Below are positions 29,245 to 38,019 of a stretch of 64,000 nucleotides of DNA, piece by piece; positions within the stretch are counted from its first letter, which is position 1; every line of letters begins with the position of its first letter. This DNA comes from a bacterium (GTDB lineage: Bacteria; Patescibacteriota; Patescibacteriia; JAACEG01; JAGUWE01), in the NCBI GenBank assembly GCA_043798995.1, contig JAZDOD010000011.1, positions 4,737-68,736 on the forward strand. The letters are read 5' to 3'. The notes under the pieces are model-generated. The model had not been told where the DNA came from, made no database searches, and saw only the letters and a program-made list of their open reading frames with translations. The translations under genes and the position numbers were made by a program.

Positions 29245-32013
29245 ATGCCGGAAAATAAAAAAATAGAATCAACCCCGCAACTTATCAATTGCCCGACTTG
29301 TGCCGGCAGAGGCAAGGTTGAAGGAAAAACCTGTCCTTTTTGTTTAGGTTTGGGCCAGATGGCTTTCTTGGACGGCCAGTTTTTATATTGGGATAAAAAA
29401 ATCAGCTTTTTAGCTATTCTTCAGCGAAAAACCGAACAGACGGTCAAAAATATTTTGGAGTTTAGTTTGTTTTTCTTTGGCATTTTGGGTTTGACCGTCT
29501 TGGCTTGGGAAATTTGGCAAGTTGGCGCCGCCAATTTTTTTAACTGGGAATATTTTTTCCATCAGGAAAAAATCATGCTTATCTTCTGGTTGAGTATTCT
29601 GACCGATATGTATTTTTTTTATCGTAAAGACCGAGAATTTACCGCCAAAGAAAAAGTCAGAAAAAGAAAATATGGCGCAATAGAAATACCCTTGGTTTTA
29701 GAAGAAAATTACTGGCCGGATTTAGCTAAAATTGCCAAAGACAATAAAATTGAAGTTTCACAGGTGATGTCGCAGGAAGCATTGATTGCCGTTGAACAAT
29801 CCTGGCAGATGGCCCAGCGCCTAAAACTTAAAGAAGTTTTACCAATTCATCTTTTAGCTCATTTATTTTTTTCTGATAAAGTAAGAATTATTTTTGCCCG
29901 ATTAGGCATTAATGTTGAGGAAGTGCTGACTAAAATCAGGCATTTAATTGAAGGGGGGAATCACCCTCCGGAAGAAGCGCCCGGCATTTCTCCCGAGCTT
30001 AAGCAGATTTTTTTCTGGGCTTATCAACATGCCTTCCTCAGCCAGCGGAAGGAAGTTGATGTGGTGGAATTGCTTTTGGCCTTAAGCCAGAAAAATCCGA
30101 GTATCCAGGATTTATTTTTGGACTTGGAAATTGATCAGGATAAAATTAGAAATGTAGTTGAGTGGGTCAAGATTCAGGAAAGCTTAAGGCAGCGCTGGCT
30201 GCGCTTCAGGCATCGGGCTGCCTGGAAGCCCAAGGGCTCAATGGATCGGGCTATGACAGCTGTGGCCACGCCCTTTTTGGATTATTTCAGCCAGGACTTG
30301 ACATTATTAGCCAAAATGGGTTATTTAGATTTATGCGTTGGCCGGGAAAAAGAAATAGAAGAAATTTTTCGGGTCATTGAAGCCAATCGGCAGAGCGTGA
30401 TTCTGGTCGGCAATCCCGGCGTGGGCAAAACCACCATTATTGAAGGCATTGCCGGATTGATGGTTTCGGAAGATGTGCCGAATCTCATTCAGGACAAAAG
30501 GTTTGTCAGTTTAAGCGCGGCCAAATTAATTAGCGGCGCTTCTCCCTCCGAGGCCCAAGGCCGGCTTTTAAGCGTTATTGAAGAAATCCGACGCGCCGGC
30601 AATATTGTTTTGTTTATCAGCGATATCCAGGAAATGGTTGGCATTACCCCCGGCGGCGAAGAAAGTTTAGATTTGGCCGGAGTGCTTTTCCAAGCGCTGG
30701 CTAAAAATTATTTTTTCTGTTTTGCTACCACCACGCCGTCTGATTACACCCGTTATTTGGAAGCAGCTTCGGGTTTAAGTCAGGTTTTTCAGAAAATTGA
30801 GGTTGCCGAGCCGGATGTTAATCAGACGATTCAGATTTTGGAAGCTAAAAGCGCCCGCATTGAAGCGCAAAACCAAGTTTATTTTTCCTATAATGCCATA
30901 GAAAGAACGGTTCAGCTGGCTATCCGCTATATTCACGATAGATTCCTGCCGGAAAAAGCCATTCGCATTTTGGAACAGGTGGCAATTTATGCGCAAAAGA
31001 AAAAAGGCGCTAATACCATTGTTGGAGCTGAAGATGTGGCGGAAATAATTTCTCAAAAAACCAACATTCCGGTAACCAAAGTGACCGAAGAAGAATCGGA
31101 AAAACTTTTGACTCTGGAAGACAAAATTCACGAGAGAATAGTTGATCAAGAAGAAGCTGTTAAAATAGTGGCCTCGGCCTTGCGCCGGGCCAGAGCAGAA
31201 CTCAGAGACATTAAGCGGCCGATTGTTAATCTGCTTTTCTTGGGTCCGACCGGCGTTGGTAAAACCGAAGTTTCCAAAACCGTGGCTGAAGTCTACTTCG
31301 GCTCCGAAGAAAATATGATTCGTTTGGATATGAGCGAATATCAGGAGCAGACCAGCGTCTATCGGATGATTGGCTCGCCTCTGGGCAGGCAGCGAGAGCC
31401 CGGCTACTTAACCGAAGCGGTCAGAAATAATCCTTTTTCTTTGGTACTCCTAGATGAAGTTGAAAAAGCTCATCCGGATATTTTAAATTTATTTTTACAA
31501 GTAATGGATGATGGTCGTCTGACTGATAATTTAGGCCGGACTATTGATTTTACCAATGTCATTTTAATCGCCACTTCCAATGCCGGCACCGGTTTTATTC
31601 AGGAAAAAATGAAAGAAGGTTGGTCGGTTGAAAAAATTAAACAAGGATTAATTGAGATGGAAATTAAGCAATATTTTCGGCCGGAATTTCTCAACCGTTT
31701 TGACGGCATTGTGGTTTTTAAACCTTTGAGTATGACCGAAGTGGTAGAAATCGCTAAATTACTTTTAAAGAAAGTTGCCCAAAGATTAGTTGACAAAGGA
31801 ATTAATTTAGAAGTCAGTGATGAAGCCGTTTCAGAATTAGCCCAGGCCGGTTTTGACCCGCAATTTGGCGCGAGACCCTTGCGGCGTGTCATCCAAGAGC
31901 GAATTGACGACAGTTTAGCCCATTATTTACTGACTCAAAAACTTAGCCGTCGCGACACCATTGTTTTTCAAGCCGGGGGAGTGATTGAAGTGAAAAAAGC
32001 CAGGAAGTTGTAA
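29245..32013 (+). CDS. Membrane-anchored ClpA/ClpC-like double AAA+ ATPase with N-terminal DnaJ-type zinc finger
   Basis: CPTCAGRGKVEGKTCPFCLGLG, two TM helices, Clp-N repeats, Walker A GNPGVGKT and GPTGVGKT, TGF loop; start moved to M22 of listed ORF. Confidence 0.85.
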   Translation: MPENKKIESTPQLINCPTCAGRGKVEGKTCPFCLGLGQMAFLDGQFLYWDKKISFLAILQRKTEQTVKNILEFSLFFFGILGLTVLAWEIWQVGAANFFNWEYFFHQEKIMLIFWLSILTDMYFFYRKDREFTAKEKVRKRKYGAIEIPLVLEENYWPDLAKIAKDNKIEVSQVMSQEALIAVEQSWQMAQRLKLKEVLPIHLLAHLFFSDKVRIIFARLGINVEEVLTKIRHLIEGGNHPPEEAPGISPELKQIFFWAYQHAFLSQRKEVDVVELLLALSQKNPSIQDLFLDLEIDQDKIRNVVEWVKIQESLRQRWLRFRHRAAWKPKGSMDRAMTAVATPFLDYFSQDLTLLAKMGYLDLCVGREKEIEEIFRVIEANRQSVILVGNPGVGKTTIIEGIAGLMVSEDVPNLIQDKRFVSLSAAKLISGASPSEAQGRLLSVIEEIRRAGNIVLFISDIQEMVGITPGGEESLDLAGVLFQALAKNYFFCFATTTPSDYTRYLEAASGLSQVFQKIEVAEPDVNQTIQILEAKSARIEAQNQVYFSYNAIERTVQLAIRYIHDRFLPEKAIRILEQVAIYAQKKKGANTIVGAEDVAEIISQKTNIPVTKVTEEESEKLLTLEDKIHERIVDQEEAVKIVASALRRARAELRDIKRPIVNLLFLGPTGVGKTEVSKTVAEVYFGSEENMIRLDMSEYQEQTSVYRMIGSPLGRQREPGYLTEAVRNNPFSLVLLDEVEKAHPDILNLFLQVMDDGRLTDNLGRTIDFTNVILIATSNAGTGFIQEKMKEGWSVEKIKQGLIEMEIKQYFRPEFLNRFDGIVVFKPLSMTEVVEIAKLLLKKVAQRLVDKGINLEVSDEAVSELAQAGFDPQFGARPLRRVIQERIDDSLAHYLLTQKLSRRDTIVFQAGGVIEVKKARKL

Positions 32014-32023
32014 GAGATTTTTA

Positions 32024-32058
32024 AAATAAAAAAAAAGGGTTCTTTTAAAAAGGAACCC
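32024..32058. terminator. Bidirectional terminator between convergent Clp ATPase and purD
   Basis: AAGGGTTCTTTTAAAAAGGAACCCTTTT. Confidence 0.6.
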
Positions 32059-32073
32059 TTTTGATTTTGGTAA

Positions 32074-33366
32074 TTATTTTTTTTGGTATTTGAGAGATTT
32101 ATGGGCAATATCGGTTCGAAAATGTACTCCGGGCCAGGAAATTTTATAAACGGCGCTGTAAGTTTTAACAATAGCTTCCGCAATATTTTTACCCAAGCCG
32201 GTGACGCCCAGGACTCTGCCGCCGTTAGTAAGAAAAAAATTATTTGCCAGTTTTGTACCGGCATGAAAAATCATAATGTCGGGCAGTTTAAGCGCTTTTT
32301 CTATCCCCTGGATAGTCATTCCGGTTTGATATTTTTCCGGATACCCCGAAGAGGCCATTACCACGCAGACCGAGGATCTTTTGTCCCATTCAATTGGACA
32401 AGAGAGAATGTCCTGATCATGGCCCTCGGTACAAGCTAAAAGTATGGGTACAATATCGCTTTTCAGGCGAGCTAAAATTGGCTGGGTTTCGGGATCTCCT
32501 AAGCGAACATTAATCTCGAGCACATGTGGCTCGCCATCGCAGATCATCAGCCCTGCATAAAGTACGCCGCGGTAAGGAATGCCTTCCTTGCGCAAGCCAT
32601 TAACAATCGGCATGGTAATCTTTCCCAAAATTTTTTGCTGGAGTTTTTCAGTAATAAGAGGTACGGGTGAATAAGCGCCCATTCCGCCGGTATTGGAGCC
32701 TTGGTCATTGTCAAAGATCGTTTTATGATCTTGAGAGGTTGGCATGGGCAAAATATTTTTGCCGTCGCTAAAAACCATAAACGAGGCCTCCTCGCCGTCT
32801 AGAAATTGTTCAATCAGTATTCTTTTCCCGGCTTGATTCAAACTTTTTTCTATCATCAGTGTCTTAATGAAATTAAGCGCTTCTTTTTTTTCGTGGCATA
32901 CTTTAACGCCCTTGCCTCCGGCTAATCCATCGGCTTTAATGACAAAAGGAAATTCTTGCTTTTTCACAAAATTAATTGCGCGGCTTGGCTCGTGAAAGAT
33001 CGCATAAGAAGCAGTTGGTACATGGTATTTTTTCATTAATTTTTTGGCAAAGATTTTGCTTTTTTCAAGTTTAGCCGCCCTTTTTGTTGGTCCGAAAATC
33101 TTCAGTCCGATCTTGTTAAAAAAATCGACGATGCCTAAAGCCAGTGGTTTTTCTGGTCCAACTACAGTTAGGCCAATTTTTTCTTCTTTCGCAAATTTAG
33201 CCAGTTGTTTAATATCGCTTGATCCTATCGGGATTCTTATTGCTTCTTTCATGCCGTCGTTTCCCGGAGCGCAAAAAATTTCATCCACCAAGGAACTTTG
33301 CCTGATTTTCCAAACCAGGGCATGTTCTCGGCCGCCCTTGCCAATAACTAAAACCTTCATTCCCAT
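32074..33366 (-). CDS. purD: Phosphoribosylamine--glycine ligase
   Basis: MKVLVIGKGGREHALVWKI start, ATP-grasp; SD AAGGAGGT. Confidence 0.9.
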   Translation of the reverse strand: MGMKVLVIGKGGREHALVWKIRQSSLVDEIFCAPGNDGMKEAIRIPIGSSDIKQLAKFAKEEKIGLTVVGPEKPLALGIVDFFNKIGLKIFGPTKRAAKLEKSKIFAKKLMKKYHVPTASYAIFHEPSRAINFVKKQEFPFVIKADGLAGGKGVKVCHEKKEALNFIKTLMIEKSLNQAGKRILIEQFLDGEEASFMVFSDGKNILPMPTSQDHKTIFDNDQGSNTGGMGAYSPVPLITEKLQQKILGKITMPIVNGLRKEGIPYRGVLYAGLMICDGEPHVLEINVRLGDPETQPILARLKSDIVPILLACTEGHDQDILSCPIEWDKRSSVCVVMASSGYPEKYQTGMTIQGIEKALKLPDIMIFHAGTKLANNFFLTNGGRVLGVTGLGKNIAEAIVKTYSAVYKISWPGVHFRTDIAHKSLKYQKK

Positions 33367-33499
33367 TTGTTACCTCCTTTAATTGATTTTGTTAGGATCT
33401 ACTTTTAATTTTAAAGATCAGATTTTTCAATATCACTTATAAAGTAATATTATTTTATTTTAATATTAAATTTGCCAAAAGTCAACCCTTAGGTTAAAA

Positions 33500-33534
33500 T
33501 TGAAAAGCGCAAAAATTTTTGCTAAAGTAAAGCC
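33500..33534 (+). promoter_or_regulatory. cutA promoter (TTGAAA-17-TAAAGT) with a perfect 14-bp palindrome in the spacer; probably leaderless
   Basis: GCAAAAATTTTTGC at 33509-33522; -10 ends 7 nt before ATG at 33535. Confidence 0.4.
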
Positions 33535-33843
33535 ATGAACTTAATCCTTGTTTATATTACAAATCCTTCTAAGGCCGAAGCTAAAAAAATCGCTGAATAT
33601 TTACTTAAAAAGCGATTGGCGGCTTGCGTTAATATTTTTCCAATTGAAAGTATGTATCGCTGGCAGGGAAAAATTGTCGACGAAAAAGAATTTGTTTTAA
33701 TTGCTAAAACCAAAAAAGAAAATTTTAACAAGGTTAAAAAAGAAGTGGAAAAAATCCACTCTTATTCCATACCTTGTCTAATTCAAATTCCGGCCAAAGC
33801 TAATGAAAAATATTTTAAGTGGCTAAAAAGGGAAGTGAGTTAA
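33535..33843 (+). CDS. cutA: Divalent-cation tolerance protein CutA
   Basis: 102 aa, MNLILVYITNPSKAEAKKIAEYLLKKRLAACVNIFP...YRWQGKI. Confidence 0.8.
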   Translation: MNLILVYITNPSKAEAKKIAEYLLKKRLAACVNIFPIESMYRWQGKIVDEKEFVLIAKTKKENFNKVKKEVEKIHSYSIPCLIQIPAKANEKYFKWLKREVS

Positions 33844-33866
33844 TTTATTTAATTAAAATAAGCACT

Positions 33867-34364
33867 ATGATTACAGAACAATTTGAGTTGCGCGAAGAAG
33901 AATCAAGAGAAGAAAAAGAAATTGATACGGATGAAATTGTCAAAGAGTCCATTGAAAATTTACGAAAAGATCTGCAACAAGAAAAAGAAAAGGGAGCTGA
34001 TTCTCACTGGAAAGGCATAAACGTTCCGGAATTAACCATGGAAGATTTAATGATTTATGACAAATGGAAAAAGGGGACTCTGGTCCCCCAGGAATTTAAT
34101 AGCTATTCGGAAAGATTGAGGCAATATTTCAAAGAGCAAAAGCAACAGAAAGCCGAGGAAACAATTAATAATTTGAGGAAAAAATTAAAAGAAAAAGAAA
34201 TTACCTCTGAGGAATTTGATCAACAAGTAAGAGAAATGCTAAAAAAAGAAGATGTCAAAAGGTCTCTTAAGGGATTGGGATATATAAGCGATTCTTTCAA
34301 AGATTCCCGAGCTAATCTTCAAGCAATGATCCGTAACCAAATGATAAATCAAGGTCTATTATAA
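33867..34364 (+). CDS. Hypothetical highly charged coiled-coil protein
   Basis: E/K-rich 165 aa; start moved to first M after cutA stop. Confidence 0.45.
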   Translation: MITEQFELREEESREEKEIDTDEIVKESIENLRKDLQQEKEKGADSHWKGINVPELTMEDLMIYDKWKKGTLVPQEFNSYSERLRQYFKEQKQQKAEETINNLRKKLKEKEITSEEFDQQVREMLKKEDVKRSLKGLGYISDSFKDSRANLQAMIRNQMINQGLL

Positions 34365-34449
34365 ATTTTGGAAGGGTCGCATTGCGCCTCTTCGGCGCAT
34401 TTATGCGCCAAGTTGGCGCATCCGCCGTTGAGGCGGAAGTGGAAAATAT

Positions 34450-34710
34450 ATGTATTATTTTTATGTTTTACAATTTAAGAATAATAAAAAATTATATAAA
34501 GGAATTACAAATAATTTAAGAAAAAGAATAACAGATCATCGTTCTGGTCAGTCAAAATTTACTTCACGAAACGGCGATTTTAATTTAATTTTTTATGAAG
34601 CGTATTTAGATAAAAGAGATGCCATAGAGGCGGAAAGATATTTTAAGAGCGGTCACGGCAGAGAAGTATTGAGGCAAAAATTAAAATATTATTTTGGAAG
34701 GGTCGCATAG
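34450..34710 (+). CDS. GIY-YIG nuclease family small protein; C-terminus overlaps tRNA-Ser
   Basis: MYYFYVLQFKNNKKLYKGITNNLRKRITDH; stop codon TAG at 34708-34710 inside the tRNA. Confidence 0.8.
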   Translation: MYYFYVLQFKNNKKLYKGITNNLRKRITDHRSGQSKFTSRNGDFNLIFYEAYLDKRDAIEAERYFKSGHGREVLRQKLKYYFGRVA

Positions 34711-34780
34711 TGGTCTAGTGCGCCTGCTTGGAGAGCAGGTATGCCGCAAGGCATCGCGAGTTCAAATCTCGCCCCTTCCG
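34696..34780 (+). tRNA. tRNA-Ser (anticodon GGA)
   Basis: Hand-folded: acceptor GGAAGGG/CCCTTCC, 3-bp D stem, anticodon stem CCTGC/GCAGG loop TTGGAGA, long variable arm ATGCC-GCAA-GGCAT, T-loop TTCAAAT, discriminator G. Confidence 0.85.
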
Positions 34781-34848
34781 TTTGAGTTTTTTGCGGCAAA
34801 AATTATCAAAGCACTTGGCGTTTCTATTGAGGAGTTAATAAAATAACT

Positions 34849-35400
34849 ATGAACGAACATCTTTTGGTAGTTAATGAAAATGATGAAATAGTCAGATTGG
34901 ATACCAAAAAAAATTGTCATTCCGGCAATGGTATTTTACATCGTGCAATCACAATTTTTATTTTTAACGAAAAAAATGAAATCTTGCTGACAAAAAGAAG
35001 CTCTCTTAAAAAACTATGGCCTGAATTTTGGGACACATCTTGCTCTACCCATGTCCGGCCAGATGAAACATATGAACAGGCCGGCGAAAGACGATTATCA
35101 GAAGAGCTCGGTTTTTCGTGCAAGTTAAAATTTATTTTTAAATTTCAATATCAGGCCAATTTTCAAAATATCGGTTCCGAAAATGAAATTTGCGCTTTAC
35201 TGATTGGAAATTATGTAGGAGATATAAATCCGAATCTTAATGAAGTTTCAGAATATAAATGGATTGATTTTATAGAATTGAAAAGAGAAATCAATAGTCA
35301 AAATAATTATTCTCCATGGTTAAAAATTGCTGTTGAAAAATATTTAAAATCCGGCTCCGAATGTATGGGGAAAATAGCAGAAATTCTACCCCGGACTTGA
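34849..35400 (+). CDS. idi: NUDIX hydrolase, isopentenyl-diphosphate delta-isomerase type 1-like
   Basis: WDTSCSTHVRPDETYEQAGERRLSEELGF matches the Idi/NUDIX core. Confidence 0.7.
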   Translation: MNEHLLVVNENDEIVRLDTKKNCHSGNGILHRAITIFIFNEKNEILLTKRSSLKKLWPEFWDTSCSTHVRPDETYEQAGERRLSEELGFSCKLKFIFKFQYQANFQNIGSENEICALLIGNYVGDINPNLNEVSEYKWIDFIELKREINSQNNYSPWLKIAVEKYLKSGSECMGKIAEILPRT

Positions 35401-35471
35401 CATTTTTTATTTCTTGTGCTAAAATAATTTATCTGTTTTAAATCGCTCTTTCTAAAAATAAGGAGGATAAA

Positions 35472-35696
35472 ATGGTAGACATAAAAAAAATTATGCTAAT
35501 TACTTTTAGTTGTCAGAATTGTGGTTATATGATTGAACACTCGATAAGGAAAGATGCTGATTCAGTCAGAGAAGGTTTTCCCGTTCATTTTGTTAACAAT
35601 AAAGAACCGGAGGACGTAGTTATCTGTAAAAATTGTAAAGAAGAGTGGACGTTCCAACTCAGTATGCTTTTAGGCAAAAAGAACAATAAACGTTAA
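35472..35696 (+). CDS. Hypothetical zinc-ribbon small protein
   Basis: CQNCG...CKNCK; SD AAGGAGG; 5-prime UTR motif AATCGCTCTTT shared with the two cassettes downstream. Confidence 0.45.
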   Translation: MVDIKKIMLITFSCQNCGYMIEHSIRKDADSVREGFPVHFVNNKEPEDVVICKNCKEEWTFQLSMLLGKKNNKR

Positions 35697-35841
35697 AACC
35701 CTCAAATCCAATAGAAATATTCAGCGGCGGTTCGTAAGGGCCCCGCTTTTTTATTCCAAACCCAACCGCGCCGTAAGCCCGAGAAAAACTTTCCCTTGAC
35801 AAAAAAATTTCATTATGTTATTTTAATAAAAAGATAATAAT

Positions 35842-35988
35842 ATGAATAATTTTTCATTAAAGAAAATTAATTTATCAAATCTCTTAACCAATTTTTCTTT
35901 TGGTTGGTTTTTCTTTTTCTTTGCTTTTTTAAATTTGGTTAGGAGACCGTTAAAATATCAAATATTAAAAATAAAAAATCAAATATAA
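35842..35988 (+). CDS. Candidate 48-aa hydrophobic small peptide (cassette copy 1)
   Basis: MNNFSLKKINLSNLLTNFSFGWFFFFFAFLNLVRRPLKYQILKIKNQI; paralog at 36520-36663; followed by hairpin AAAGGCCTCC-TAATCAC-GGAGGCCTTT. Confidence 0.3.
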   Translation: MNNFSLKKINLSNLLTNFSFGWFFFFFAFLNLVRRPLKYQILKIKNQI

Positions 35989-36087
35989 GATAATTAGAAA
36001 TAAAAATAATAATATAAAGGCCTCCTAATCACGGAGGCCTTTAAAATTAGTTAATCGTTCTTTAATAAATTTTAAAAAGGAGGGGAG

Positions 36088-36399
36088 ATGACAAAAAAAT
36101 ATTTTACGTTTAGTGATGCCACTAAGGCAAATCAATCTTTGGAAGTAAAAAAGGTGGTGACTGCCTATCTTCAGGTTGAAAAAGGAGAGCCGGATCTCAT
36201 TCAACACATTTTAGAAAAAATGCGTGGGGACAGGTTAATAATTCATTTTCGCAAAAACGGATTTAAAGTAGAGGATGTCTTGAAAGATGTTACAGCAGAG
36301 TCGCTTTTTTTAGAAGGAGGAAAAGAAATACCAATTCAGAAGATAGCCAGGATTGAACGAGTTGAATTATTAGCCAAAGTGGAACTTTGGCTTTACTAA
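36088..36399 (+). CDS. Hypothetical protein (103 aa)
   Basis: Strong SD AAAGGAGGGGAG; downstream gene of cassette copy 1. Confidence 0.5.
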   Translation: MTKKYFTFSDATKANQSLEVKKVVTAYLQVEKGEPDLIQHILEKMRGDRLIIHFRKNGFKVEDVLKDVTAESLFLEGGKEIPIQKIARIERVELLAKVELWLY

Positions 36400-36519
36400 G
36401 AATTAAGAAGTCAAGAGGGCTTTTAGCCCTCTTTTTTCTTTTAAGTAATCACTAACTATTTTATTGGCTCTTGACTAATTTTTAAAAATAGCTATAATCA
36501 AAGAAATAATCAAAAAACA

Positions 36520-36663
36520 ATGAATAATCTTTTTTTAATCAAAGTTAATTTATTAAATCTCTTAACCAATCTTTCATTGGTTTTATTGCTCTTGCTTTTG
36601 AGCCGTTTTTTGGTTGGGAGACCATTAGAATGTCAAATATCAAATATCAAAAATAAAAAATAA
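36520..36663 (+). CDS. Candidate 47-aa hydrophobic small peptide (cassette copy 2)
   Basis: MNNLFLIKVNLLNLLTNLSLVLLLLLLSRFLVGRPLECQISNIKNKK; TTGACT-16-TATAAT promoter upstream; followed by hairpin AAAGCCTCCC-AACCAAAA-GGGGGGCTTT. Confidence 0.3.
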   Translation: MNNLFLIKVNLLNLLTNLSLVLLLLLLSRFLVGRPLECQISNIKNKK

Positions 36664-36779
36664 TTTAAGATAAATAACTAAAATTAGATAAAAGCCTCCC
36701 AACCAAAAGGGGGGCTTTAAATTTTATTTGAATCGTTCTTTTTAACAATTTTAAATCCAAAAAACCAAAGGAGGGTAAA

Positions 36780-36986
36780 ATGGAAATTATTTTAACAGAC
36801 GAACGAGACGATGAAGTTAAGAAAAAAATTTGGTTCTGCGACAAATGCGGAAAAATATTTAGAAACGGCGGTGATGAATTAACCAAGGCCGAAATAGCTA
36901 TCCTTAAAAAAGAGTTTTGCCAGGCAGGTGGTTGTCATTCAATAATTTATCGCGAGGTTTCGGTTAACCAAAAAATCGCACTTTAG
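36780..36986 (+). CDS. Hypothetical zinc-ribbon small protein (68 aa)
   Basis: CDKCG...CQAGGCH; SD AAAGGAGGG; downstream gene of cassette copy 2. Confidence 0.45.
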   Translation: MEIILTDERDDEVKKKIWFCDKCGKIFRNGGDELTKAEIAILKKEFCQAGGCHSIIYREVSVNQKIAL

Positions 36987-37099
36987 CATTTTGCTTAAAG
37001 GGTAGGCCAAGGCGTCTACCCTTATTTTTTATTTTGATTTATAATGAAAGTTAGCTAATCTCGGCCGTTTTTAGCAAAATAGCCAGATTTAATTTTATT

Positions 37100-37993
37100 T
37101 TGAATATGAAGATTTCAATTGGCATCATCGGCTTGCCCAATGTGGGCAAATCAACCTTATTTAAGCTCTTAACCAAGCAGGAAGCCAAAATTGCCAATTA
37201 TCCTTTTGTCACCATTGATCCCAATGTGGGCGTGGTCGCCATGCCTGATGAGCGCTTGGCGCAGGTGGCCAAAGCCATTGGTTCAAAAGCAATTTTTCCG
37301 GCGGTTTTTGAATTTGTTGATATCGCCGGTTTGGTCAAAGGCGCCCACGAGGGAGCGGGTTTGGGCAATCAATTTTTATCGCATATCCGCGAAGTTGACG
37401 CTATTGTCCATTTAGTCAGAATTTTTAAAGACAGCGATATTATCCAATTTGATGCCGCCAGTAATTCCGTTAGCGATTTTGAAACAATTTTAGAAGAATT
37501 AAAACTAAAAGATGAAGAGTCGCGCGAAAAAATCAATCTTTTAAGCGCCAAGCCGCAATTAGTGGTTTTAAACGGCCAAGCCGAGGAAATACCGCCCGAA
37601 TTAATTAATAAATTTAAATCATTAAATCAGCCCTATCTTCTGATTAATCTTAAGAATGAACTGGGCGAAGAAGATTTAAAAAAAATATTTGGCGAATTTC
37701 TTAAATTTCTTAAATTGATCACTTTTTTTACAGCCAATGAAAATGAAGCGCGCAGCTGGTTTGTCAAAGTTGGGACTAAAGCCCCGCTAGCAGCCGGCGT
37801 GATTCACACTGATTTTGAACAAAAGTTCATTAAAGCAGAAGTGATTAATTGGCAAATATTGATTGATATTGCCCGTTCGGCAAGCTCAGGGCAGGGCAAC
37901 TGGCAACAGGCCAAGCAAAAAGGTTTGGTCCGCCTGGAAGGTAAGGAATATATTGTTCAAGAAGGAGACGTGGTTTTAATAAAGCATGGTTAA
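37100..37993 (+). CDS. ychF: Ribosome-binding ATPase YchF (Obg-family GTPase fold)
   Basis: GIIGLPNVGKSTLF, ANYPFVTIDPNVG, FVDIAGLVKGAHEGAGLGNQFL; short C-terminal domain. Confidence 0.85.
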   Translation: MNMKISIGIIGLPNVGKSTLFKLLTKQEAKIANYPFVTIDPNVGVVAMPDERLAQVAKAIGSKAIFPAVFEFVDIAGLVKGAHEGAGLGNQFLSHIREVDAIVHLVRIFKDSDIIQFDAASNSVSDFETILEELKLKDEESREKINLLSAKPQLVVLNGQAEEIPPELINKFKSLNQPYLLINLKNELGEEDLKKIFGEFLKFLKLITFFTANENEARSWFVKVGTKAPLAAGVIHTDFEQKFIKAEVINWQILIDIARSASSGQGNWQQAKQKGLVRLEGKEYIVQEGDVVLIKHG

Positions 37994-38019
37994 AAATTTC
38001 TAATTTCTAATTTTTATTT

